Assembly: GCF_009914755.1 (NCBI RefSeq)
Contig: NC_060925.1
Length of the DNA stretch: 64,000 nucleotides
Strand: one strand, 5' to 3'
Origin: the human T2T-CHM13v2.0 reference genome, Homo sapiens
The notes beneath the pieces were generated by a model. It was not told the origin of the DNA. It ran no database searches and saw only the letters and a program-made list of their open reading frames with translations. The translations under genes were made by a program, and so were the position numbers. Positions 1-13,803 of the stretch are shown piece after piece (within the stretch, counting starts at the first letter, position 1; every line of letters starts with the position of its first letter).

Positions 1-444
1 TACTAGTAAATATCCCTGGATTCTATTGGAAAGTGAGGAAATGGACATTACAGTCTAGTTGTCTTACTTATTTTGGAATCTCTGGTCCCTAGTGGAATGT
101 TGAGGACTAAGCAGGTTTCCCAAAAATGATTGTTGAAATAAATAAATAGCACAATTTTGGGGGGCAGATTAGGGCCAGTCATACAAGTGCTAACAGCTTT
201 CAGAATTCCATTATACTGGTATGAAACTACATATTACTCCTTTTCTGTCTTTTTAGGGAGTATATACTAAACATAATTTAAGATTCTCTATGATGGCCCA
301 GATAAACATTTTTAAATTTAGTTATTGGTGATGAACTGAAGAAGTCATTGTCCATGCAGGTGACCCAGGACATGGGGCTGAGAGGGGTACTCCCTTCCTT
401 AAAAGCCGTCTCATCTCTTCATGAAAAGGAGTTTCTAAGAAAAT

Positions 445-640
445 TCATTCATTCATTTATTGCAGACCTACTATGAGCCTGACATTGTGCCGGAGGGAAT
501 ACAGAAGGGAATGATGAGGAGATGGTCATGGCCTTGGAAACCTGCCTGGTGAAGGAGACAGACATATAAAAGTGTAATAGTTGGAAGATGTGAGCTACAT
601 GCTCATTGAGGCTATGATGAAGCAGGAGAGAGCTCACTGA
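445..640 (-). mobile_element. L2 LINE 3' fragment
   Basis: attcattcattcatttattg...cctactatgagcc, the typical L2 3' end read in reverse. Confidence 0.55.
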
Positions 641-991
641 CCTTGACTTGTCTTTACATAGTCTTTCCCTTTAGAGCCCTTGGATATGGCACACAGAGGC
701 TGACCTCCCTGCCCCAGCACAGCAGAAACCCCTGGCACTGCTCAGGGCTGCCTTTGCAGGTGCTGTACAGGGAGCATGTACTTCTGCTGCAGAACTGCTG
801 TCTCCTGCTTTCTGTCTGCATCCAGTCTGCCTGTTTATGTTTGGTACAATTCCTAAAAACCACCAAGCTGCCAAAATTAACCTCTCATCTGTCTTGACCA
901 TCTCTTCTTTCTAGTGTCTCTTGTCCCTGCCCCTCTCATCTTAGAGTTCATCACTATTCCATTACATAATAATGATGACAGTGATGGTAAT

Positions 992-1140
992 GACAATAGC
1001 TATCTCTTATTGATTGCCTACTACTATGTGCCAGGTGCTGTCCTAAACACTTTCCTCTCAAAATTCATGAGGTCATATATCATTTTATAAATGAGGACCC
1101 AAGGCACTGTGAAGTAAGTAATTTGCCCAGAGACACAAAA
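992..1140 (-). mobile_element. MIR SINE
   Basis: ctactatgtgccaggtgctgt...ataaatgagg...aagtaatttgcccag, the reverse MIR core. Confidence 0.7.
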
Positions 1141-1220
1141 CATCTTTCTTTCCATCAGTCACAAAAATCACAAAATACTGGGTATTCTCTGTTGTAGTTT
1201 TCATCTTTAGAGCTTTTATG

Positions 1221-1260
<40 letters not shown>

Positions 1261-1300
1261 AACAGACAGACAAAGAGAGATTGAGAGAGAGAGAAAAAGA
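1221..1300. repeat. Compound (GT)n(GA)n microsatellite
   Basis: About (GT)12 then (GA)8, followed by a degenerate GA run. Confidence 0.95.
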
Positions 1301-1820
1301 GAATGAGACAAAGTCCTTCCCCCCAAAAAGAGGGTTTTATGTTTACTTTTTTTGTTTTCAGGAAACTTCCTAATCTTGAGCTGTTCTAGATAGACCTTGA
1401 CAGTTCCAGAAGGAAGACTTTCGGATAGTCAGGGCTTTCCTCTAGAGATGCTTATTTCCTTGAGCAGCTCTCTGCCTAGCAGGATGGAAGCAGGTTTTCT
1501 GAATCATTGGATCATCTCAGACTCTCTTCAGACCTGAAATAATGTGGCCCGAGGCAGAGCACAAGGAGAGAAGGATCTTAGGTCACAGTTTACATCAGTC
1601 TCTCATGGATAATTTTATTTATTTTATTAAGGAGGGGGAAAAAAGGAGGAAGGTGGTTATTTTGGAAGGGAAGAGGGATATGTATGTAAATTTTAAGGGA
1701 AACAGTTTTTCAATTTGTAGGATTCAGATCTTTTCAAAGTATTATAATACTACATTACATTATTAAAATTATTGACAATCCTAAGAATATTAAATATATT
1801 TTTACTCAAATATCAAATCA

Positions 1821-2509
<689 letters not shown>

Positions 2510-3723
2510 CTATTCTCATGTTTGCTTCTAATGATTAGCTTAGAAAATTCATGATCTTTCGTGTGTTTATTGTATTTCCTTACATCTACCTCAGTAACCA
2601 GCTTAAGGCTGAGATTACAAGTCATGCTAGCAGTAAACTAAGGGATTGAACTGGATTGAAAATGTGGAATATATTGGATTTGTGTAGAAGTTGAGGCTTT
2701 GCAATTCAATGATGAAAACACATGTGCTTTTCAGATGTGTGCATGGGCCAAGGGATCAGTGGCATTAACTCTTTTTTGTCATCTGGCACCATGAAAGTAA
2801 ACTGCAGGTTTCTGAGAGATTAATCCAGCTACAGTTCTCTGTTGTAGTTTATGGTGTTAGGGAGGATCAGCAGCTCAGACTGATAGGACATCTGTTTCAC
2901 TATACTCTCCATCAGCAAATGCTTACGGAGGGTATGCTAAGAGTTGCACATTTTGCTGTATGATCCTGCATCCCTTGGTGCATAAAATAAAGCTAGGGCA
3001 AGCACTAATTTAATTAGCTTGAAATATCTTCTGACTCTCATAAGCATCTCTGATCCTTTGTTTCCTTGCAATGTACATTAATCATTGGGATTTTATTTTA
3101 CTTTATTATGTTTATGATCTGTTAGCCCTGGCTGGATGCTGGTCCTCCAAGGGCAGGAATCCTATCTGTTTCTTACACTATGTTTCAACATGTGGAGTGC
3201 CTAGGATGTTTTTCCATGGCTATTCTGGAAGGATCACTACTTATTCTCTTTGATTAAAATCAAATTGTGCCTTTTAGTAATTCATACTTATTCTGCATTC
3301 AGTTTTGTGTGTGTGTTTTTTTATTTTTAAAAGTCTCTCCCTTTCCATCTGTTTTCTCTCGTTATCTCTGTCTGTTCCTGGTCATTGGTAGTCTGAGTGT
3401 GCTTGGGTTAGGTCAGCAAAGTTGCCTGCTATGAGGGCCCTCTGGGCAAGCTGATTTCACCCAGTGCTCATGAAAAGCCCCACGTCTGATTAGAAGTGTT
3501 GTCCACCTGGCATAGCAGAGTACACGCAGAATATCACCTTGCATATATAAGTGCTTTTTCAAAGCATTTTCTTATCTACTTAGATTTTCAAAACAGTCCA
3601 GAAAAAAAAGGGGGAAAACAGGTGCTGCTATTATTAATTTTAAGATACTAACAAGGAAATCACATGGCTTTGTCCTAAGTGACATGGGGAACCAGCAGCA
3701 CATCTGTCAAGAAATTCTAGTCA

Positions 3724-4140
<417 letters not shown>

Positions 4141-7100
4141 TCAAAGTCCAGGAATATCTGCCATTGCCTTTGACCACTGAGGAGCAAATCTAGAAGCAGC
4201 ATAAGTCTTCTGCATGGGTCCACACAGCTGTGAATGTGTGACTTTAATCAGGGGCTGGTGTTTTCCTCTCTTGCCTTCTCAGAAATAGTGTCAGCCATGC
4301 ATGAGCTCATGTCAACATACACAGGTAACACAGAGGAGTTTTCTGGTGCAGGAGAAATGTGCAACACTCTTAAATCCTTAGCTGAAGAACAATTATTGCA
4401 CCAACTTTTTCTAACCAGCTCCCTATAAGAAATACTGTTAAAATTAATTTCATTCATTAAAGGCAAGATAGAGAAGAAGAAATAGGGGATCTAAGCTGTG
4501 TTTATTTTTCCAGCAAATACGCAATTGAAATCAACGCTATTAGGCCAAAACATCATTGGTAATCATCTTTAGACCTTATAGGGCCTCCTGAAAATTTTGA
4601 GGTTTCAGACTTGCAAGTATGTCCTAGTTGAGTTAGTACTGAAAACAAAGAGTGTAAATAAATTGAATGTAGGTAAGACATGGCTTTTTTTTAAGTGGTC
4701 ATTTCATCCTTTATATCACTACTTGGACATATGTTGAGGTAGATCATAGAGTCTAAGAAAGAGGCCGAGAGACATGAAACCCAGCCGTGGTCCTGAGGCA
4801 GGCATGTGACAGCTGGGACCAGAGCTCGGGCTTCTCATGCCCTCTCCAACACTCTTTCCACTTGCCACCTCTTCTCCTTGGCCCCACACCTTACTGCCTG
4901 AATCTAGCAGAAATGTGTCCTATTGCATAAACACTTATTGTGGTTACATTTCTGAGAGACAACTCTGTAGAATTACTATATGTGGACATGAGAGTTTTCC
5001 CATAAAGAAGGCAGAAGCCAAAATCCTTGTATCTTTGGAGTTAATAGCATATTGTCGATTGTCATGCCATCAGACGAGTGTGAGGTGAGGAATGAATGTG
5101 TTCTGTGATGCCAGCGATTGTTGGGTAATGAAAGGCTTGACTTTTCTAGATTATTCTCATGTCAAATGTGACATCTCTTTATGTATTATTTTTAACGTTC
5201 ACAATGAAATGTGAAATGGTGTTAACAGTAGCCCAAGGATACCAAAGCTTCAAGATTAGAAATCACTTTTAAGTTGCCTTTCTTCTTCCCCCTCGGTGGG
5301 CTGCTGTATTAACACTCATTACAGTGAAGCCCAGCAGATGGGCAAACAGACTGATTAGTTATTTATATATATATAGATATATATTTTTTCCTTTATGGAG
5401 CTTAGATGTTAGCTGTTTCTTCAATAAAAGAGAGGAGTTTTTAGATGTGTCTTGTCTTGATTTGCCTTTTTAATCAGAAGAAGAAAGGGGGCACTTTGCT
5501 CCTGATCTATTAATAATGTGGCTGTATCCTTTGCTTAACTGCTGACTTCATAGCTCTCTGTGTGCCCGTTGCAATCAGAATTTGATTTCTTTCCAGTCCT
5601 CCAAGCCTCATGTTCTTTTTGGCCTAGAATTTCTTTATGGAATGTATCACTTTTAATTCGTATTTTAGAAGTGCCTTTCTTGACAGGGAATTTATCTACA
5701 ATATTTTTGCCTTTTGTATCCAAAATGAAAAAGTCCATGACTAATTAGTGGAAAGTGAAATTACACATAATGTTATGTAAATAGAAATATTTTCCTGTAG
5801 CCTTTTTTTAAAAAAAGTTCAAATATCTCTGCTTTTTCTTAAAAACAGATTTTGCTTTTTTTATTCCTTCCCAATTTTATAAAAGTAGGATTTTTTTTAA
5901 TGAAACCTTGTTTCTAGTTAAAAAAAACTAAGGTAATGAAAAGAATTATTATAATCTTTCCTTATAAAAGGACAAGGTATTTCATGTGTGTAATATGTGA
6001 TATGTATTCATACAAAAGTAATGGACCTACTTGCCTGGGGAGAACTTTCTCATGTTGTCACATGAAGTATTCTGGAACAGTAGTTTCCCTTCTGATATCT
6101 GAAGCACCTTGAGGTACGGTGTAAGGAGAGGAAGAATAAACATGCACGGTTATACATTTTTAAAAATATTTCAACTGGGCTTACAAATTTGCTGATTATT
6201 TTATCAAAAGTGGGAAAAATGTCCTGTAAAGATGGCATTCAATTAGGCTAGCTCATGGTATCGTGGATTGCACTTCTAATTATATAAGGCAAGATAATGT
6301 AGACATACAACCATTTGGGGAGGGGTTTACACAAAGCCATGGGGCAGTTAATTGGACCTCATGTTTTTAGAGGTGCTTGATGATCCTATGACAAAGATCA
6401 TTTAGATTAAAGAAAAGTCATCCTCAGTGGGACTTAGTTTTAGAAGATTCCATCAAATGTCAAAGGGATGCTTCGATTTAATTCTCACACTGTGATCTGT
6501 GACTTCAGAAATAACATGCTGGTAATAACAACATGTGACAACAAAAGTCTCAGAGCTGCTCCAGGTCGTGGTCTCTGCATGCTTGTTTGCACCATCAGAC
6601 TTACCTCTCTCTAAGCGCTGTGGTTTCAGGAAGGTAAACAATAGAGCATGTGAGGTTGGGAGAGAAAAGCTGAGCAAAGCGAATGAAAAAATGGAAGCTA
6701 AAAAAAAAAATGCTGGAGTTTACGTGAAGGATAGCATAAACTGAAGGGAACGTCTTTTGAGCAGATGATTCTAGCGGTCTTTGGGGATATGTTTTTGAAG
6801 GTCTGCTCAGTGTGAGGTCTCAGTTGGATTGAGATTAAGTGAAAGAATTTTCGGTAGAAATGAAACCTTGACATTATATCAGGCTATAAAAGAGATACAA
6901 ATCAGGGATATTTTAATCCTGTTTCTTTAGCTCTGCTCAGGTCTCTAACCTGACATTTCTTGATATGCTCCATTCCAAAGCTGAGCCAAATGCCTGTGAG
7001 GTGAACTCTCTTGTCATCCTGTATTTAAGCTGCAATAGCTGTACGTCATTGCTGCAAAACTGGTCTTTCTAATTATCTCCTTCTCTGATCATTCTTGTTC

Positions 7101-8193
7101 TATAGGGATAGAGAAGAAAAACATATATCTTGCCTTGTTTGCCACTATATGCACAATACCTACCAAACACATATCTGTCACTTAGTATTTTAAAATCAAA
7201 ATCTGTTGATTAAATGAATGAATAATTGGACAAGTGTTTATGTGCAGAATCCAAATGACATAGTAAAAAACTTTCTTCAGTGATCTATGATTAACTTTGT
7301 GAATTAGAGATCTTTTGCCCCTCAAATGACTTCATAATTATCACCTTCAAATGAGTAAATTACTAAAATATATTCCTGATGAGGTCCTGAAACTTGAAAG
7401 CATCACTCTTAAATTTGAATTACTGCTATAAAATAATGTAGCACATATGTTTCAGAAACAAAATCTATACCTATTTATAATTTGGTGAGAACTCATATTG
7501 AGCTATAGTGCTTTAAAATATGTGTAATTAAATTGAAATTTCTTGAGTCATCATTTGAATTGGGTGTAAATCATGTCTAATCTGCTTGTTAACCTGCCCC
7601 TCACCCCAATGCTTGAATAATAGAGACATCCTTTAAAAAAAAGAGCCATTCTTCTGTGTCTTATTTCTGTTAGCCTTCTGCAATGTATTTGATTTCAAAT
7701 AATTTCCACCTTTAAAATTCAAATAAAATTTTTTTGTGCAAACACAACTTTTAAAACACAGAAGAAATACCACTAACTGCTTTTCGGGAGTAGCAAAGGA
7801 TAAGTCATGGCTTCAATTCTTCCCTTTGCTTCTTTGATAGCATAAGAGGCTGTAGATATGAAATTGGAAAAGCAAGAGGACTCTCAAAGAGGATGATTGT
7901 TAAGTTGTCTCTTAATTCTCAGTGTACCCTGATTTTGTTAGGATTGCCCCCTCTCTCCTGTTTTTACTTAGTTTATTCTGAAGAGGTGGCAGGGAAGCCA
8001 CCTAGGTTCGCCCTCTCACTTCAATCTCTCCTGCATATGTGTAAGTGTGAAGTCGTTTTCCCATACTTCCTTTTTGAACAGTAAGGAATCATGTCTGGGA
8101 GCCCACGCCTGTTACCTTACGTGATAATGCTGGGGATGAGGAAGCAGGGGGATGGATGCTGCCCCTGAGAAGGTGCTGGCTGGGAATCCAAAA

Positions 8194-8290
8194 CAGCAGC
8201 AATAGCAGCAGCAATAACAACAACAACAACAGCAAAAGCAGAAGTAGCAACAGCATTGGCTGCAGCAACAAAAACAGCAACTCGCAGCAG
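8194..8290. repeat. Degenerate (CAG/CAA)n trinucleotide low-complexity tract
   Basis: cagcagcaatagcagcagcaataacaacaacaacaacagcaa...; the Gln frame is interrupted by TAG and TAA. Confidence 0.85.
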
Positions 8291-8964
8291 CCTCCGGGTT
8301 AGAGAGGGGATTCTTCCCTTCTCCCACCTTTACAGCTGAACCCCTTGTCCTCTCCCTCTTGTCTAATATTTCATTGATGTTTCTTCAAAAACTATGACAG
8401 GTTGACAGAATGGACCTCTCCACAACTCATTTAATATTTTCTCACAGTGTGCTCTAACTTGGATCAGAAAGAGTACCTATGGTCTTACGATGTCCTTTAT
8501 TCAGTTGAATGAAGGTAGCAAGGCCTTCTGCAGGCCCTTCACGAAGTATCAGCAGTCCAGTCCTCAGCCCTGCCCCCCCATCCCCACCTGACCCCTCTGA
8601 AATGAACACACACAAATAGGCCATGCTCTTCCACATTCTAGTGTCTTAGCTCAGTCTGTTCCTTGCAGCTGAATAATGCTACCATCCTTTCAGCCTGGTA
8701 AATTTCTACCAAACCTTTGATACCCTACAAAAATACTACTTCTTTCCTCTGCCCAGTCATAATCTAATCTGCTTTTTTGAATTCTGCATTGCCATAGATT
8801 CCTGTGAAACCACAATCAGAGCTTGTATTACACTGTATTGCGTGCAATTTTTTAAATGTCAGCATCTCTTCTCCATAAGGCCCCTGAGCTCTATACACCA
8901 GTATGAATAGACCATCAAATAGAAATACTGTAGCCTTGAAGACATTACTGCTAAATAATGGAAT

Positions 8965-8967
<3 letters not shown>

Positions 8968-9011
<44 letters not shown>
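8968..9011. repeat. (GT)22 microsatellite
   Basis: Perfect dinucleotide run. Confidence 0.97.
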
Positions 9012-9013
<2 letters not shown>

Positions 9014-10675
9014 ATCCACAGGCCTGGATTTCATATAGTTTGAGATGAAGACTTGTTAACATTAAGTTACATCAAGTATGGGGAAGATATAAACATTAGC
9101 CATCTAGGAGAAAATCTTCCTGGTTTGTAGAACTTTACCAACCAACTCTACACTTCCTATTAATAATTTAACATAACCACTGATAGAGAATAGTTTGAAG
9201 AATTATATGAGAAATGACCAATGTTATAGTCATTGTCAATATTTATGGCAATTTGTATTTGCTTGGCTTAATTTAAGATCACTGCCTTTTTATCTAAGTT
9301 CATTTATTAGATCGATTATGTTAATTTGAAAAATTCTCTTTGCTGAGATTTTATGGCTTAAATGATTAAATTTCTACATCCAGAGATGTCCTTAGTGCCC
9401 TAGCAAGGAGGGTTTAGGAGCTCTAGTCTTCTTGGTAGAGAAAGCTTATAGCTACTGTGTAGTAGCACTATCTGTGAAACTTGAGAAACTTCCACTGTTC
9501 ATGGGCGGGGGGCAGTGGGACGTGGGTGCTGATGAAGATTCAAAGAGGCTTGATGCCTTCTTTGTTCTGCCAGGACTCTGAGGAGGTAAGGGCCTGTATT
9601 ACAGTGGGAGGGATGGAAACAAAGGAATGTGTAGGAGAGATGTTTCAAAAGAAACATTTACAAGACTGGAGTAAGTCATCTATAGGCCTGGAATGGTTGG
9701 GTGAGGATGATGAAAGCATAAAACAAAAATGAGCAAGTTGAGCAGAGCAAACACTCAGAATTTGAGGAGCCACCTTGGATGGGGCAGGGAAAGGTAAAGT
9801 CACTTAAGTCAATTTGAAGATTATCTCTTTTGCAGTGTATCTGTAAATACTCTTTAAGCCTTTATGAGAAATCGGTAGAAGCATGAAGTTTACGCCAAAA
9901 GCTTGACAACTGCTTTGTTGCTTTTCTTCATATTTTGACGTCTTCTGCCCAATCCTTAAAACATTTGGCTAGCTAAGCAGAAAATGGACAGAAGTAAGTT
10001 TTAGACCTTGCCCCATCTCCTTCCTTTGTCTCCAAAACAGTGTCACCTCAGGTAAAATAAAATACTGAATTATTTACAGCCTTAACCAGAAATGTATAAA
10101 GTAGCCCATGTACCAGTCTGAGGAGGATGGCTACCGTTTCCTGGCAAAATTTGAGGAGCTGGGAGGGCTGGCTTCAGGGTAGAATGAGGAAGATGAAGAG
10201 CTTTTCCCAGCCTCCTGAACTAGGTGGATCTCAAGAGTGGGCTCTCCTTCCTCGACAGTTTTTGAGATTTCAGAACATTAGTAAACTTACAGGTACTTTA
10301 AGAGTATGTATGGCAAGCAGTAGTGCCCAAATACGTATTTGAATAAATACGTATTTTTGGTATCTCCTCAAAAAGTTCACTCCTTGGCCATGTGTTGCAT
10401 AGGGACATGCCTTTCCATCTTGCTTTCTGAGTGGGAAATCAAGTGAGAATGGGCCACGCTGCACATGGTTCTTCTGTGCCCACCACAACACCAGTGCGAT
10501 GGGTGGGTCTGTGCATGACTTCTAGTATACTGCAGGGCACAGCACACCAACATAGTGAGGCTTGTGTTTTGCTGCAGTCACTGCCCATTCTAATCTAGCT
10601 TTCTTTTCTTGCAGGTGCACACATCTTGACCAACTCAGCAGCAAGGTGGATTTTCTTTGTGTTTAAAGAAAAAAA

Positions 10676-10738
10676 ATGTCCCTGTGTCTGTAGAGATGAT
10701 TTGCAGTTCAGCCCGGCTGAAGCTGACCGAATGAGACT
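10676..10738 (+). promoter_or_regulatory. uAUG cluster: uORF MSLCL* (10676-10693), uORF MICSSARLKLTE* (10696-10734), overlapping uORF starting at 10731
   Basis: Three ATGs read directly in the 5'UTR part of the exon, one per frame. Function is not demonstrated. Confidence 0.6.
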
Positions 10739-10832
10739 ATGGGCTGTGCCTCCGCCAAGCATGTTGCCACTGTTCAAAATGAAGAGGAAGCCCAGAAAGG
10801 GAAAAACTACCAGAACGGAGATGTGTTTGGCG
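10739..10832 (+). CDS. C1orf21: C1orf21 first coding segment, MGCASAKHVATVQNEEEAQKGKNYQNGDVFG plus 1 nt (phase 1)
   Basis: ATG in strong Kozak context (ACTATGG: A at -3, G at +4); 31 codons plus G, then GTGAGT donor; peptide matches the C1orf21 N-terminus as I recall it; joins in frame to 40816. Confidence 0.95.
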
Positions 10833-10882
10833 GTGAGTCCTATCAAACTTGACTCTTGACCCATTGATTCTAGGCCTTTCAC

Positions 10883-11126
10883 TTTTTTTTATTGATACAT
10901 AATATTTGTACATATTTATGGGGTGCTTGTGATATTTTGTTACATGCCTAGAATGTGTAACGATCAAGTCGGTATTTAGGATATCTATCACCTCGAGCAT
11001 TTATTGTTTCTGTGTGTTGGGAACATTTCAAAACGTATCTTTGAGCTATTTGGAAACATACAGTACATTATTTTTAACTATAGTCACCCTACTCTGTTAT
11101 GGAACATTAGATCTTATTCCCTCTAA
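10883..11126 (-). mobile_element. 5'-truncated L1MA-type LINE-1 3' end with TSD
   Basis: T tract, then attgatacataatatttgtacatatttatgggg...gtcaccctactctgttat; flanks gcctttcactttt and gcctttcattttt. Confidence 0.85.
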
Positions 11127-11574
11127 GCCTTTCATTTTTGTGACAGTGAATAATTACAGTGATTATTGGGTTATACCGTCTGAGGTGAAAGGGTGATGAG
11201 ACCTAATGGAAATCAATGTGGATCTTTACTTTGGATCATCTACATCATAATTTATACAAAGTGGTATTTGAGGAGGAACATGGAGGTTTTTTTTGCAGGA
11301 GCTAGCATTTAAATCAAGCTTCAAAGAACCAGCAGAATTTAAATTGGTGCATGGGACAGTGGCCATGGGGTGTCCTAGTAGAGGAGAACTGTAGGACTAA
11401 AAACAGAAGTCCAAAAGGGGAGTGAGTGAGGATTTATAAATGAGGGAGTGAGGTGTTTTTTTTTAAAGTGTAATAGAGAGTGAATTATACATTTTCAGAT
11501 TTAAAATAAAAATACAATGAATCTAATAATCATCTTTTAACCTCTCTCTGTTGAATCAAAATGACTTTAGGATA

Positions 11575-11900
11575 TCTAGTGCAAAGGCCACAGATTGGCA
11601 ACCCATGGCCACACCTGGTCTGCAAATACATTTTTTTTGCCCCCTCCCCAAAGAATTTTAAAATAAAAAGCAAGACAGCCTTTAAAAATCAGGATATTTC
11701 ACATAAAACCTCAAATTTCTTCAAAAGAGCTGGCAGCAATAGGTCTTCATTCCTTGAGACAACCGTCAGGAGGTGGGGTAGCAATTGCCCCTGCAGCCAG
11801 GCTGTGGCCTCCAGTGAACTGCTAACGCTTCCCCGGTGCATGCACACCGAGTTCAGTTTGCTCATTGACATTACCTGGCCACTTACAGGCTATTATGCTT
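11575..11900. mobile_element. Probable old hAT-type MER DNA transposon fragment
   Basis: Start resembles hAT MER termini (cagattggcaacccatggccacacctggtctgca); family not resolved. Confidence 0.35.
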
Positions 11901-12581
11901 GCCTGATCTTGAGATTGGCCCTTAGATGATTATTTTGAAGTATGGATATATAAACAAAATTTCAATTAGTACCAGGCAGATGAAGCAATTTTTGTGGAAT
12001 TATTTTAACAATAATACCTACTACTTGACATTTGCACGATGCTTTCATTTATAAAAACACTTCTTCAACTCTTAGTAAGGGACATCATAGAGATATGTTG
12101 TAGAACCTCACTGAGATAATGTTTACGTGTAAATAACTGTAGCTGCATCATTCAGTCACTGTCAAATAATTCTACTACTTTTAGAATCTCTAGCTTTTGG
12201 TTCATTGTAATGATTGTTTTAGTCTCCTGGTGAAGAATTGGGAATGGTACGAAAGAGCTAAGCCACAGTTAAAAGTGGACTCGTGTGTTTGGGAAGAAAA
12301 CTGTTGCATTTTGTTCCAAGGAGATGCACTAATTGCCTGGAACAAATTTGTTTCTACTGGTAACTACCTATAGCATTGAGAACTGTGGAGAAGAGTAACA
12401 TATATGAACATCTTAATAAAACTACAGTCCAGATCTCTGAAACCACAGTTTTTAGGGAAAGAGTTGATTGGAACTAGAGTCATTACTGTCATCCTGAAAC
12501 GCTTGACTTTTAAGAGAAAATAATCTAACATCAGGGATTTGTTTAACTTCTACCTGATGTCCTGTGTCATTATCATTTTTA

Positions 12582-12800
12582 TAATAGAGCTACCATTTAT
12601 GGAGCCGTCACCATGTGTCAAACATCGCAAGGCATTTACATTCATTTTTATGTTGAATTTTCACAACAATCTTGTGAAATATGTGCTACGCAAATTTTAC
12701 ATACTTGGAAACTGAACACAGAGAGACGGACTTGTCCGAGGTTACCCAGCTACGAAGTGCTAGAATCCAGATTGCTCAGACTCCAAAGTCCACCTTTCTT
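12582..12800 (-). mobile_element. MIR SINE
   Basis: gctaccatttatggag...ggaaactgaacacagagag...acttgtccgaggttacccagct...cagactccaaag. Confidence 0.75.
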
Positions 12801-12842
12801 TCTCCATGTTGTTTCCTGATGCCGTGCAGCCTCCCATAGGTC

Positions 12843-13151
12843 TTTTTTTTTTTTTTTTTTTTTTTTTTGAGACAGTCTTGCTCTGTGGCCTAGGCTGGAG
12901 TGCAGTGGTGCGATCAGGGTTCACTGCTGCCTTGACTTCCTGGGCTCAAGTGATCCTCTCACCTCAGCTCCCTGAGTAGCTTTGGGACTACAGGCACGTG
13001 CGCTCACACCTGGCTAATTTTTTATATTTTTAATAGAGATAGGGTTTTGCCATGTTTCCCAGGCTGATCTAAAACTCCTGGACTCAAGCAATCTGCCCAC
13101 CGTGGCCTCCCAAAGGGCGGGGATTACAGGCATGAACCACCACACCCGGCC
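12843..13151 (-). mobile_element. AluJ
   Basis: Long T tail; J-type tcctgggctcaagtgatcctc; ends cccggcc. Confidence 0.93.
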
Positions 13152-13803
13152 CTCATTCTTTAATGCACAAAAGTATTGATTGGTCTGTATCCTATGTATA
13201 AGGCCTTTTGCTAAATGCCATGGAGATTACAGAGGTAAATAATCCATAAACCTTGCCATCTAGGACTTTGTAAGAAGATAAGGAAGTGTTACGAGGTAGA
13301 ATAAGCCAAATGCCCGAAGAGGAAAAGACATACCTCATGATAACAGTCAGGGGATAGATGCTCTGCCTTAAACCGCAGAATCAGAGCAGATTTCTTACAG
13401 AGATGACATCCAAACCTGGCCTTAAAGGACTGAAAGAACAAAACCTGTCTCAATCTAAACTGGAAAAGGAACAGCTAGGTAATGTAAGACTTATTCAAGA
13501 ATAATAAATATTCTAATTTATGGAACTAATGAATGGAACATAAACTATAAATGGGACAGAATTGGCTAGAAAACTAAGTTAGGGTTAAATTATGGAGAAC
13601 TTCGAATACCAAATGACAGTCTTTAAAAAGATAACCTTAGATTGTCAGAGCAAGATTTGGTGATATTCAATACGTTGTGCTTACATTCTGCTTGGCAATG
13701 AGACCACTTAACCATCCCTTCACAACTTGTATAGCCAGGAAGACTCTATTGTTCTAAAGCACCATGTGTATTTTGCAGATGTTAGCATCTGATAAAGGAG
13801 CTT

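Larger units (their letters stand above)
10615..10832 (+). other. C1orf21: Start-codon exon (exon 2 of the known transcript), 218 nt: 124-nt 5'UTR part plus 94 coding nt
   Basis: Branch-point-like CTAAT at 10590-10594, pyrimidine tract ttcttttcttgcAG ending 10614, donor GCG|GTGAGT at 10833. Exon numbering comes from recall of the gene. Confidence 0.9.

Noticed and set aside
1345-1500. Acceptor-like tttttttgttttcag as an extra 5'UTR exon
   Set aside because: No convincing donor follows.
8089-8327. Poly-Leu and poly-Cys ORFs, or a possible polyQ gene
   Set aside because: These are translations of a degenerate CAG/CAA repeat; the Gln frame contains stops and the run is too interrupted to resemble an expansion locus.
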